This document shows positions 17,927-26,330 of a DNA stretch of 64,000 bases, one piece after another. This DNA comes from a virus, in the IMG/VR virus record IMGVR_UViG_3300037840_000333, positions 23,121 through 87,120 of that record; one strand, 5' to 3'. Numbering within the stretch: the stretch's first letter is position 1; each line of letters begins with the position of its first letter. A program made the translations under genes and the position numbers. The notes under the pieces are model-generated. The model worked only from the letters and a program-made list of their open reading frames with translations, searched no databases and was not told the DNA's origin.

Positions 17927-18280
17927 CTAGAGCAGGCCTTCCAGGCCGGCGTCCCTCCGCCGGGTGACGCTCACGGTGTAGGCGGTGAGCGGTCGGTTCG
18001 GCTGGCCGTCCCAGCGGATGCCGTAGTCCTGGCGCCAGACCCGCATGGCCTCGCCGGCCGTGCGGAATCCCTTGGCCTTGTCCACGTCGTCGGTCGTCAC
18101 GATCTGATCCTCGTAGCGGTCGGCTCCTGGGTGGAAGCGCACGAGGAAGCGGTCGAGGTGGCTGGCGGCGAGGGCGCCGTCGGGTCCCTCGATGCTCCGG
18201 GGGTTGGCGAAGGCCAGGAGCCGGATCACGTACTCGTCCTCTAGGGCCAGGTCCACGTGGATGCGCCTCGGGCCGCTCAC
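17927..18280 (-). CDS. Hypothetical protein
   Basis: GTGA overlap; ..DGQPNRPLTAYTVSV. Confidence 0.6.
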   Translation of the reverse strand: MSGPRRIHVDLALEDEYVIRLLAFANPRSIEGPDGALAASHLDRFLVRFHPGADRYEDQIVTTDDVDKAKGFRTAGEAMRVWRQDYGIRWDGQPNRPLTAYTVSVTRRRDAGLEGLL

Positions 18281-18534
18281 CGCGACACCAGCGTCCAGCC
18301 GCCTCGGGCCATGAACACCCAATAGTGCGCCTCCGTGAGTCGGAAGGTTCCGGGGTCGTCGCCGAAGCTGGGGCGCACGCCCACGGGCAGCGGGCCGCCG
18401 TCCGCTCGGGTAAGCACGACGGAGTAGATCGCGTCGTTGCCGTCCCGCCGCACGACCTCCCACTCGCCGGTGCCTCGGTTCTCGGTGTGGATCAGGCGGT
18501 CGCCCGCCTTCAGCTTGCCGCTCGGGGTCGGCAT
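18277..18534 (-). CDS. Hypothetical SH3-like small protein
   Basis: LKAGDRL..WEVV; coupled. Confidence 0.55.
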   Translation of the reverse strand: MPTPSGKLKAGDRLIHTENRGTGEWEVVRRDGNDAIYSVVLTRADGGPLPVGVRPSFGDDPGTFRLTEAHYWVFMARGGWTLVSR

Positions 18535-18773
18535 CAGCCCGGCACTTGGATCGGGTCGCCGGGCTCGCCGGTCCAGTCCACCTTGCCGTTGCCGCCAATC
18601 TCGCGGGCCCGGATGCCCACCCGGCCGTTCGGCCAGGTGTTGGCCTGGGTCACCCGGTGGGGGCGCATGGCGCCGTTAGAGAACCACAGGATCGTGTCGC
18701 CGGTGCCCTCGGGGCCGCCGTCGCTCACCTGGCCGGCGGGTACCGTGCGGTTGTACTTGCGTCGGGCGGTCAT
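18534..18773 (-). CDS. Hypothetical protein
   Basis: ATGA overlap; MTARRKYNRTV. Confidence 0.55.
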   Translation of the reverse strand: MTARRKYNRTVPAGQVSDGGPEGTGDTILWFSNGAMRPHRVTQANTWPNGRVGIRAREIGGNGKVDWTGEPGDPIQVPG

Positions 18774-19192
18774 GGCTGGTCGATTTCTGTCGGCAGCCCG
18801 TAGTGCTCCCGCAGGACGCGGCAGCGGGGGTCGGCGAGCTGGCGGGCGAGCGACTGGCGGGCACTGGCGATGTGGTCCTGGGCGAAGGTCTCGGCCTCGT
18901 CTCGGGTGGCGAACGCACGCTTGCGGAGCTGGGTCGTGTACGACTTGCCCTCGGGTGGCGTGTACCGGATCACCGGGACGTAGGGCCACCGCGGGTTGCG
19001 TCCGCGCTTGGCGGCCGTGGGCTCGCCGAAGTTGGCGCCGGCCGCGGCCTCTGCGATCTGCTGCTCGATGCGGTCCGGGTGGACGTAGCTCGGGCACTGC
19101 TCGCCCGTCTCGCCCTCCCGCAGGCAGTCGCCGTCGTCGTCCACGACGTAGCCGCAGGTCTCGCAGGTGGTGGTTTCGGTGTGTGTGCTCAT
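18770..19192 (-). CDS. Hypothetical protein with Cys-rich N-terminus
   Basis: Leaderless start 7 nt after TAGAGT; CETCG. Confidence 0.65.
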   Translation of the reverse strand: MSTHTETTTCETCGYVVDDDGDCLREGETGEQCPSYVHPDRIEQQIAEAAAGANFGEPTAAKRGRNPRWPYVPVIRYTPPEGKSYTTQLRKRAFATRDEAETFAQDHIASARQSLARQLADPRCRVLREHYGLPTEIDQP

Positions 19193-19199
19193 GGGTGTA

Positions 19200-19238
19200 A
19201 CTCTACTCCCTCCGGTCGCCGATTGCTAGCGTTTGGCG
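19200..19238 (-). promoter_or_regulatory. Conserved promoter copy 1
   Basis: CCAAACGC-TAGCAA-17 nt-TAGAGT. Confidence 0.8.
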
Positions 19239-19354
19239 GGGGTTTCCTCGTCGTCGGGTTCCGGCTCGGGGTCGTCGGCGCGCTCGGCCTCGGCGTGCAG
19301 CGCCTCGATGTGCTTCTGATTGTGACGGTGCGCCGCCTCCTCCCACGCGCTCAT
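19226..19354 (-). CDS. Small acidic protein
   Basis: MSAWEEAAHRHNQKH; its stop codon lies inside the promoter repeat. Confidence 0.45.
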   Translation of the reverse strand: MSAWEEAAHRHNQKHIEALHAEAERADDPEPEPDDEETPAKR

Positions 19355-19527
19355 CGCAGAATGTCCTCCACCGTGAGCGGCGCCTCGGCCGCCAGCCCGC
19401 ACGAGATGTTGCCGGTGGCCGCGTGGACGATGCTGTCGTCCTCGGGGTCGGTGGCGAGCGGCAGGCCGCAGCCGGGGCACGGCTGGTGGATCTTCGCCCG
19501 CTGGCGCATGTACTCGGGCTCGCTCAT
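19351..19527 (-). CDS. Small Zn-finger-like protein
   Basis: CPGCG..H..C; ATGA overlaps. Confidence 0.55.
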   Translation of the reverse strand: MSEPEYMRQRAKIHQPCPGCGLPLATDPEDDSIVHAATGNISCGLAAEAPLTVEDILR

Positions 19528-19715
19528 GGCCGTGTCCAGATGGTGACCTGCCAGCCCGAGGAGGTCGGGCGCGGCGGCCACCGCTTGTGGCTCCGCTTGG
19601 CGTAGGCCTTGGCCCTCTCCACGCACCGAGGGTCGATGTCGTCCAGGGTCAGCTCGCCGCCCAACTCCTCGGCAATGTCGGCGTAGTCCTCGGCTCCTCG
19701 GCTCGGGGCGCTCAT
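19524..19715 (-). CDS. Hypothetical protein
   Basis: MSAPSRGAEDY; ATGA overlaps. Confidence 0.5.
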   Translation of the reverse strand: MSAPSRGAEDYADIAEELGGELTLDDIDPRCVERAKAYAKRSHKRWPPRPTSSGWQVTIWTRP

Positions 19716-20002
19716 GCCTGCACCGCCTTGCGGGCGTAGTGCTGGCCGAGGAACTCGCGGGAAACGTCGTGGTTGTAGAAGCTGGTCACCTGGCGCAGGG
19801 CGCCGTCCTTCTGGATGGCCCGGCCGTACACCTGCACGTCCTGGGTGGTCGCCGTCTCGCCGTCGGTCTCGGTGATGACGACCCTGGTGAGCACGTAGCG
19901 GTTGAATCGCTGCGCAATGGTGCACACAGCCTCGGGGCCGTGGCCCTCGGGAAAGTCATAGGTGGTGACTGTCTTGCGGCTGGCCTGCTCGGGGAGGTTC
20001 AC
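19712..20002 (-). CDS. Hypothetical protein
   Basis: GTGA overlap; YGRAIQKDG. Confidence 0.55.
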   Translation of the reverse strand: MNLPEQASRKTVTTYDFPEGHGPEAVCTIAQRFNRYVLTRVVITETDGETATTQDVQVYGRAIQKDGALRQVTSFYNHDVSREFLGQHYARKAVQA

Positions 20003-20496
20003 GACGCCACCGCCGTCGCCTCGTGCATCCACCCGCCGGGGATGAACCAGGTCCCGCCGCCCCACTCGCTGGCGGGGTCGCGGGGGTACATCGGCTTGAT
20101 GCGCCCGCACGAAGCCATGCGGGTTGCGAAGCCGAACCAGCCCTGCTCGATCGGACGGTCATGGGCGTCGTACAGCCAGCCGCCTTGCTTGCCGGTGATG
20201 TGGAGGGTGGCGGCGAGGGCTCGGGCTGCCTTCTCCCGGCCATCGCGGCTCTTGGTCGTGCGGTACACGCCGGGCCGGGGCAGGTGCGCCCACCGGGGGT
20301 CGGTGTCGCTGCGGACCATGTAGTGGTGCTCGTGGAGCCGGCTGCCCAGGATGCGCCGCTGGTCGTCCAGCTTGTCCCACTGCGCCTGGGCGCTCCGCCA
20401 GTCGGTGGCGGGGGAGACGATCCGGTACAGCCAGTCGCCTTGCCCTCGCTGCCGCTTGGCCTCGATGACGATGTGAAGGTCGGGGGTTGTGCTCAC
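19999..20496 (-). CDS. Hypothetical protein
   Basis: SD GGAGG; first gene after promoter copy 2. Confidence 0.65.
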   Translation of the reverse strand: MSTTPDLHIVIEAKRQRGQGDWLYRIVSPATDWRSAQAQWDKLDDQRRILGSRLHEHHYMVRSDTDPRWAHLPRPGVYRTTKSRDGREKAARALAATLHITGKQGGWLYDAHDRPIEQGWFGFATRMASCGRIKPMYPRDPASEWGGGTWFIPGGWMHEATAVAS

Positions 20497-20533
20497 GGTG
20501 ATGCCTCCGTGTGTCTCGTGGTTGGTAGTCCCA

Positions 20534-20570
20534 ACTCTAGTCGCTCGGTGCGCCGATTGCTAGCGTTTGG
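20534..20570 (-). promoter_or_regulatory. Conserved promoter copy 2
   Basis: CCAAACGC-TAGCAA-17 nt-TAGAGT. Confidence 0.8.
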
Positions 20571-20574
20571 TCAC

Positions 20575-20843
20575 TATTTCTCGCCGGGTACTGAGGAGGG
20601 CGCCCCGGCTGAGGAGCTGGTCATGTCGCCGGCGCTCAGGTGCCCGATAGCGACACTGCCGCGTAGCCCACTGGCCCAGCACATCAACCTGCTCCCCTTC
20701 CGGGGCCCTGCCGGAGCGCCCAAGCGGGGTAGGTCGCTCCCTGTCTAGCCCTCGGATCTGACGCCTCACCGAAGCGGAATCGCTACTAGGTCCACGGCCA
20801 CTCCTCCGAAAGGTCAACCGATCTGCGCTGTTCGCTCTCCAAC
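20575..20843 (-). ncRNA. Candidate structured ncRNA C (~270 nt)
   Basis: Sole content between promoter copies 3 and 2; many hairpins with UUCG and GGAA loops; no protein-like ORF. Confidence 0.55.
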
Positions 20844-20848
20844 GCCCA

Positions 20849-20887
20849 ACTCTAATCGCTCCGCCCGCCGATTGCTAGCGTTTGGCG
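20849..20887 (-). promoter_or_regulatory. Conserved promoter copy 3
   Basis: CCAAACGC-TAGCAA-17 nt-TAGAGT. Confidence 0.8.
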
Positions 20888-20925
20888 CAAACTTTCTCAC
20901 ATTTCTGCGGATGGCCCAGCTCGTG

Positions 20926-21408
20926 CTACACGAACATCAGGTAGAGGTTGTCGCTGAGGTAGCGGTTCGGCTTGCTCGTGGCGACGCTCGGGGTGATGAC
21001 GGCGCGCCCGCTGGCCCTCGCCGCCGCCCACCCGGCCGGGTCGGTCGGGCGCTCGCCGCTGGTGACGAAGGCGAGGAACCTGGCCCGCTTCGGGAAGATG
21101 CGGCTCCCGGGTGGCCCGTTGCCCTCGTGCACCCAATAGGCGTAACTCGGGTCGAGCCCGGCGCCGGCGACGATAGACATGACCGGCCCGACGTCGCTGG
21201 TGGAGAATCGCTTGACGATGCTCATGCCGAGGCGCCCGGATTTCTTGTTGACGGTCCACCGGCTGCGCTTGGTCTCGATCTGATCCCTGGCGCCGGCGAT
21301 GACGCGGTCGCCGCCCTGGATCAGGTAGCGCATCACCGGGCCGTCCGGGCCGCGTAGAACCTCCTCCATCACCGCGCCGTCGATGATGAGCGTGACCTCG
21401 CCGGCCAT
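20926..21408 (-). CDS. Neck/tail-completion protein (HK97 gp10-like)
   Basis: GPDGPV, SGRLGMSI, YAYWVHEG, KPNRYL. Confidence 0.7.
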   Translation of the reverse strand: MAGEVTLIIDGAVMEEVLRGPDGPVMRYLIQGGDRVIAGARDQIETKRSRWTVNKKSGRLGMSIVKRFSTSDVGPVMSIVAGAGLDPSYAYWVHEGNGPPGSRIFPKRARFLAFVTSGERPTDPAGWAAARASGRAVITPSVATSKPNRYLSDNLYLMFV

Positions 21409-21935
21409 CAGTACAGCTCCGTCACGCCGGCCTGGAAGCTGATCGGGAGCCGGACGCCGGCTAGCACTCCCTCGGGGCCGAGGGCGCTCAGTGGTCCGTA
21501 CTTGAAGGGGATGCGCCGTTCGACCACGGCGCTCTCTAGGTGGAGCGTGATGACCGTCGCCAGCAAGATCGGCCCGTCCGCCATCAGCGTCAGCGCGTCG
21601 TCGCTCAGCTCCACCGGCGTCGGGATGCCGCCCGTCCTCCCTCGGCCGGTCAGCGTCCGCACCTGGCGGAGCAGGTTGATCTCAAACTCGTAGAACAGGA
21701 GGATCTGATTCGGGTCCACCGACCGGGTGCTCTCCTGGCCGGGCACGCCCACGCTCATCCCGAGCCAGTTCACGGTGAGCTGGTCGCCGTCGAATGCCAC
21801 CTGGGCGCCGGGCACGAAGCCCACCCGGGAGGGGAACACGAAGCCCTCGACGGTGCCGAGGAGCGCCACGATGGCGTTGAACAGTGCCTCGCCGGCCGCG
21901 GTCGGGTTCTGCGGGGCGACCGCGAGCCCTGGCAC
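21408..21935 (-). CDS. Tail terminator-like protein
   Basis: PGAQVAFD..QLTV, GPEG motif; neck position. Confidence 0.55.
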   Translation of the reverse strand: MPGLAVAPQNPTAAGEALFNAIVALLGTVEGFVFPSRVGFVPGAQVAFDGDQLTVNWLGMSVGVPGQESTRSVDPNQILLFYEFEINLLRQVRTLTGRGRTGGIPTPVELSDDALTLMADGPILLATVITLHLESAVVERRIPFKYGPLSALGPEGVLAGVRLPISFQAGVTELY

Positions 21936-21938
21936 CGG

Positions 21939-22583
21939 CTAGCTCTTGGCGGCGCGAGCCTTCGCGTCCGCGGCGTTCTTGGCCGCCTGAACGGCCGCGA
22001 GGTCCGCCGGGGTGCCGGTTGGCGCCGGTGGGGGCGCTGCCGCCGGTGCGGGGCTCTCGGGGGCGCTGGGGGCGGCTGGTGCCGGTCCTCGTCGCTCCGC
22101 CAGCATCTGGCGTAGGGCGCCGTCGCTCAGGCTGTCGATACGCTGGCTCAGCGCCTCCTGGCCGGCCGCTCCGAGGAGACTGAACTCGGTCGCCAGCTCC
22201 GCCATCTCGTGATCGGTGGCGCCGGCTCGGGCCCATCGGCCGCTGCGGAAGTTGGCAGGTATCTCGACGGGCGCCGGTGGCAGAAGGTCGGCCGGGTCCT
22301 GCTCGACGGGCTGGGGCGCCGGCGCTTCGACGGGCTCGGCTGGCGCCGGCTCCGCCTCGGGTACGGACGCCGCTGGCTTGCTCACTCGCTGCTCGATGTC
22401 TTCCACTAGGGCCTCCCGGCTGGGCGCCACAAGGTGGAACCCGTCTTGCTCGTCTCCTACTCTGGCCCCTACCCACCCGCCATCAAGATCGAAGGCGGGG
22501 TACTCCACACCGCTCACCGTGAGCGGGTCGCTCGGGTGCCACGGGCCCCGGATGGCGGCCTGCTCGGCGGCGTCGTCTTGCAT
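21939..22583 (-). CDS. Pro/Ala-rich hypothetical protein
   Basis: Leaderless -10 TAGCAT 6 nt before ATG. Confidence 0.6.
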   Translation of the reverse strand: MQDDAAEQAAIRGPWHPSDPLTVSGVEYPAFDLDGGWVGARVGDEQDGFHLVAPSREALVEDIEQRVSKPAASVPEAEPAPAEPVEAPAPQPVEQDPADLLPPAPVEIPANFRSGRWARAGATDHEMAELATEFSLLGAAGQEALSQRIDSLSDGALRQMLAERRGPAPAAPSAPESPAPAAAPPPAPTGTPADLAAVQAAKNAADAKARAAKS

Positions 22584-22592
22584 GGCGCGATG

Positions 22593-23450
22593 CTAGCCAG
22601 CCGGCATGCGCCGGGTGTCGGATATGTCCGGGCTCCACACCAGCGGTCGGTGCCGGCTCTTGGTCGGGTTCACCAGCTCGACGAACAGATCGACCTCGTA
22701 CAGCCCGAGGAGCCCCTTGCTGAGGAAGTCCATCACGTCGGGCACGTCCACCGTCACGCCTTGGCGGCTGATGTGGGCCAACCGCTGGGGGAGCGTGTTC
22801 GGCTCGTCCATGGCGTTGAGGGTGAGCTGAGCGGCGAGCACCTGGGCGGCGAGGACGCCGGCGCTCGGGGGCGGGCTCCCGTACATGTAGGTGATGCTGA
22901 AGGTCCCGGGCTGGGTGTCGGGCAGGTCCTTCAGTTGATTCACCGGCCACCCGTACCGGGCCGTTGCGGTGGCGCCCGCCGTCGGCCGGGCCCGGATGAG
23001 ATTGCGCCGGCTCTGCAGGTAGTACTCGTCGCTCGGGATCAGCAGCCCGTCGATCTTGACGCTGAGGATGCTGGTCACCGGGTAGGCGCCAAGGTCAACC
23101 TCGGGCGGCTTGCTCGTGCCGTAGGTGTTCACGATGGCGCCCGGCACGCCGTAGGCGCTGGCCGCCTGGCCGGCCGACTGGTAGCCCTGGGGCACGCCGC
23201 GGTGGCCGAACCTCGTGTCGATATCGGTCGGCCGACTGTCGGGGCGCACCGTCACCGGGCCGCAGTTGCCGGTGAACTGGCGGGCGCTGGCGATGTAGAG
23301 GACCTCGCTCGCCACCGTCGCCATCTGCGCCGCCATCGCCTCGGTCGGGGGCGTCGCCAGGTTCTCGACCGCCACCGCATCGAGCACGTCGCTCGCCGCG
23401 ATCCACGGGGCGCAGGGCCCGGTGCGGGGCAGGTCGAATGTCTGCGTCAT
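22593..23450 (-). CDS. Head-to-tail adaptor
   Basis: CAPW, RQFTGNC..VRP, YGSPPP, LPQRLAHISRQGV, GLYEVDLF..NP. Confidence 0.8.
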   Translation of the reverse strand: MTQTFDLPRTGPCAPWIAASDVLDAVAVENLATPPTEAMAAQMATVASEVLYIASARQFTGNCGPVTVRPDSRPTDIDTRFGHRGVPQGYQSAGQAASAYGVPGAIVNTYGTSKPPEVDLGAYPVTSILSVKIDGLLIPSDEYYLQSRRNLIRARPTAGATATARYGWPVNQLKDLPDTQPGTFSITYMYGSPPPSAGVLAAQVLAAQLTLNAMDEPNTLPQRLAHISRQGVTVDVPDVMDFLSKGLLGLYEVDLFVELVNPTKSRHRPLVWSPDISDTRRMPAG

Positions 23451-23471
23451 CGGGGGCTCCTCGCCCCGACC

Positions 23472-24695
23472 TTATGCCGTGGCCGGTATGGGTGCCAGGC
23501 CGCTGACCGGCAGGGTGGCCCGGCCGGCTCGTGCGTACTGGAAGACGCGGGAGCTGTCGAACTGCCAGTCACCGAAGGGTCCCGACCCAAAGCTCGGGTT
23601 CTCGAACGCCTCCCCCTGGTACATGTTCGGCAGCAGGGCGGCGTCGAAGGTCCGGGCGTCCTCCCGCAGGTTCCGCACGCCGGGGATCACCCAGCGCCAG
23701 TACGGCAGGTAGTTGACCTGGGTGCCTCCGTTGATGGCCTTCCCCCATACCTCGATGCCCACGCCGTCGGGGTTCCCGACGATGCCGAGGGGCGGGGACT
23801 GGTAGCCGGTGTCGTTCCCGGGGCCGGCCGTCGTGTCGCTGGCCTGGTAGTGGCCTCTCGGGGTGAGGACGCCGGTGTCCACGAACACCGGGTCGATCGC
23901 TCCGGGGGCGATGGTGGTCGTGATGGTCTGGCTCTCGCTCACTTCCAATGCCACCGCGCCGACGCCGGCGGGCGCGGTCGTCGTGAACACGATCTTCGGC
24001 GTGTTCGTGTCGCCCGCGATCTGGAACGTGGTGCCGGACGGGACCGAGGAGGTCAGCGCCGTCACGGTGAGGCTGGTCGGGGTGCCGGTGCCGCTGGCCG
24101 CGCTGGTGGCCTGGGTGCCGATGTTCGGGATCGTCCCGAGCAACTGCTCGCCGCCGGGGGAACGACCGTAGACCTTCAGCCCGAGGGCGCCGGCCGCCGG
24201 GGTAAGCCCGCCGACCACGGCCAATCCGGCGGTGCCGCTCGCCACCGTGGCGGTGACCTCGGTGCCGATGGCGCTCTCGCCGTACTGGTTGAACTGGCTC
24301 TGACGGTAGCCGTAGGTGCCGGCGGCGAGGGAGCCGAGCGTGATCTGCCCGGTGGCCGCGGCCGTCCCGGTCGGGGCCGTCAGGGCCACGGTGTTGTCGG
24401 TGAACACGGTGCCGCCGGCGAGGATGGCGTGGAGGACCGGGTCGGGGTTCGCGACCTCGATCTGCACCGTGTAGTACTTGGGCATATCGCCGTGCTTGTA
24501 GTGCTGGGCGATGTCGCCGTTGGCCTTGATCGTCACGAGGTCAACGCCGGTCTCCATCGCCGGCGTGAACGTGAGCTTCAGCATCTGGTCGGTGACGAAC
24601 ACGTTGCTTCCCACCGCGGGGAACCCGTCCGAGTCGAGGGTGGAGAACCTCGTCACGTCGGAAAATACCTGGGCAGCACCATCAGGAATAGGCAT
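23472..24695 (-). CDS. Major tail protein with inserted FN3/Ig-like domains
   Basis: TRFSTLDSDG, KANG, GIEVWGKA, YWRWVIP, ENPSFGSGPFGDW; central insertion. Confidence 0.8.
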   Translation of the reverse strand: MPIPDGAAQVFSDVTRFSTLDSDGFPAVGSNVFVTDQMLKLTFTPAMETGVDLVTIKANGDIAQHYKHGDMPKYYTVQIEVANPDPVLHAILAGGTVFTDNTVALTAPTGTAAATGQITLGSLAAGTYGYRQSQFNQYGESAIGTEVTATVASGTAGLAVVGGLTPAAGALGLKVYGRSPGGEQLLGTIPNIGTQATSAASGTGTPTSLTVTALTSSVPSGTTFQIAGDTNTPKIVFTTTAPAGVGAVALEVSESQTITTTIAPGAIDPVFVDTGVLTPRGHYQASDTTAGPGNDTGYQSPPLGIVGNPDGVGIEVWGKAINGGTQVNYLPYWRWVIPGVRNLREDARTFDAALLPNMYQGEAFENPSFGSGPFGDWQFDSSRVFQYARAGRATLPVSGLAPIPATA

Positions 24696-24713
24696 CGGTT
24701 GTGATTCTCCTCG

Positions 24714-26231
24714 CTAGGTGGAAAGGGTGACTCGGACGGCCGCCAGTCGGTTCTGATCCCACGTGGCGGCCGCATACCGCTGGGCTCGGATGGTCACCTG
24801 ATTCGGTGCTCCCGCTTCGCTCCGGTCCAGGGCCTCGGCGAATACAGGCGGCGTGACGAATGGCTCGTCCAGCCGCACCGATACCAGGTCCGTCGCGAAC
24901 ATCCAGGCCGTGCCGGCCGTCGGGGTGGCGTTGGCATTGCCGATGGGCCCGGTGGCGCCGCTCGTCGGGTAGCCGCTCCCGGGCACGATGATGTTGTCCA
25001 TCACGCTGAGCAGCAGGCTTCCCACCCGTCGGGCGCCGAGCAGGTTGGGGCTCGTCTCGGGGGCGACGTGCAGCACGCCCTGGCCGCCGAACCCGGTGTT
25101 GGCGAGGTAGTCCTCGAGGATTTGGATGCCCCGGGTGATGGTCGGCGGTCCTCCGCCCGGGGTCAGGTCGCTGGCCGCCAGCGTGCCGCCTCCGCTGCTC
25201 GGGGTGCCGCTTTGGGTCAGGAAGGCGTTGAGCCCTCCCGCCGGCCCGGTGGCGTCGTACATGGGCCCGGTGAGGGTGTTCTGAGCGAAGGCGCCGCTCC
25301 AAAACTCCCGTTCGATGGCGTTCGGCGTGGCGTTGTCGAGCAGGCGCAGGGCCCGGCCCGTCCAGTCCCTTACCTGCCAGTTGAAGGCGGAGCAGGTGTC
25401 CTCGACCTGGATCAGGAATGGGACGAATCCGACCTGGGCCAGGTTCGTGTAGGTCCCGGGGCCGCCGGTCGTGTTGCTCACCGGCACGGTCACGCCGCTC
25501 GGGGTGGCGGTGCCGTCGTCCAGGTAGCTGTTCGTGGCGGTGCTGGCGAGGAAGTGGACCGTCGAGGAGTGGGTCCGGCCGTAGACGTTGTAGCTCGTGG
25601 CGCCGGCGATGGCCGGCCAGCTCAGCGCGGCACTCCCGGTGGTCACGGCCACGGTCACCGTCGAGCTGCCGACCGTCTCGCCGTTCGCGTTGACGGCCGT
25701 CACCTTGTAGTCGTAGCTGGCGGTCGTCAGGCTATGGCTTCCGCCGGCGCTGTTCACTCCCACCGGCACGGGGACGCCCAGGGCGGGCAGGTCGATGGTC
25801 TGGCCGCACGGGTCCGCCAGCACGCCCTGGGACTGATTCTCGGGGGCGTAGGCGAAGCCACCCGTCCACCGGCTGCCTCGGGTGGCCGGGTAGATGCTCG
25901 CCGGCAGGGTGTCCACGGTGACGCCGACGTTCTCCTCGGCCTGTTTCAGCTCCATGTCGTCCATGACGCCGACGGCCGCCACGAGGGCGTTGCGCTCCTC
26001 GACGGCCTTCCGCCAGGCCTCGTCGCCCGGCGGCTTGTCCCACACGTGGCCCTCTAGCTCCAAGTCGAAGCGGCGCAGCCAGCCGGCCGCGCTGAGGCTC
26101 GGGCCGCCGCCTGGGCCGAAGGTGTCCGTGTTGACGTCCGGCATCAACGCGCTCGCCACGATGTTGAGCTGCGGTGGTTTCGGCGGGGGCGGCGCCGCCA
26201 CCGGGGCGTACAGCCTGGGGGCCATCGCCAT
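24714..26231 (-). CDS. Capsid pentamer-type protein with inserted FN3-like domain
   Basis: RWTGG, PF....CS, AIEREFWSG, ILEDYLA, GVLH, IVPGSGY, WMFAT; follows the hexamer gene as in cluster-B-type phages. Confidence 0.7.
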   Translation of the reverse strand: MAMAPRLYAPVAAPPPPKPPQLNIVASALMPDVNTDTFGPGGGPSLSAAGWLRRFDLELEGHVWDKPPGDEAWRKAVEERNALVAAVGVMDDMELKQAEENVGVTVDTLPASIYPATRGSRWTGGFAYAPENQSQGVLADPCGQTIDLPALGVPVPVGVNSAGGSHSLTTASYDYKVTAVNANGETVGSSTVTVAVTTGSAALSWPAIAGATSYNVYGRTHSSTVHFLASTATNSYLDDGTATPSGVTVPVSNTTGGPGTYTNLAQVGFVPFLIQVEDTCSAFNWQVRDWTGRALRLLDNATPNAIEREFWSGAFAQNTLTGPMYDATGPAGGLNAFLTQSGTPSSGGGTLAASDLTPGGGPPTITRGIQILEDYLANTGFGGQGVLHVAPETSPNLLGARRVGSLLLSVMDNIIVPGSGYPTSGATGPIGNANATPTAGTAWMFATDLVSVRLDEPFVTPPVFAEALDRSEAGAPNQVTIRAQRYAAATWDQNRLAAVRVTLST

Positions 26232-26330
26232 CGCTAGCTCCTCCGCCTGGCACGGCCGCGCCTCAACGCACCACCACCAGGAGCGTCAAGGCGGGCCGAA
26301 GCCAGGAAGGTGTCTCGCATGCTTGTCCGG

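Noticed and set aside
20685-20715. Calling ncRNA C a true SRP RNA
   Set aside because: The apical stem is 4 bp, the conserved A-C and C-A pairs are out of register, and no long flanking helix is seen; kept only as a resemblance
20560-20817. 85-aa TTG-start ORF over ncRNA C
   Set aside because: No SD or leaderless spacing, atypical codons and Arg-rich random-like sequence
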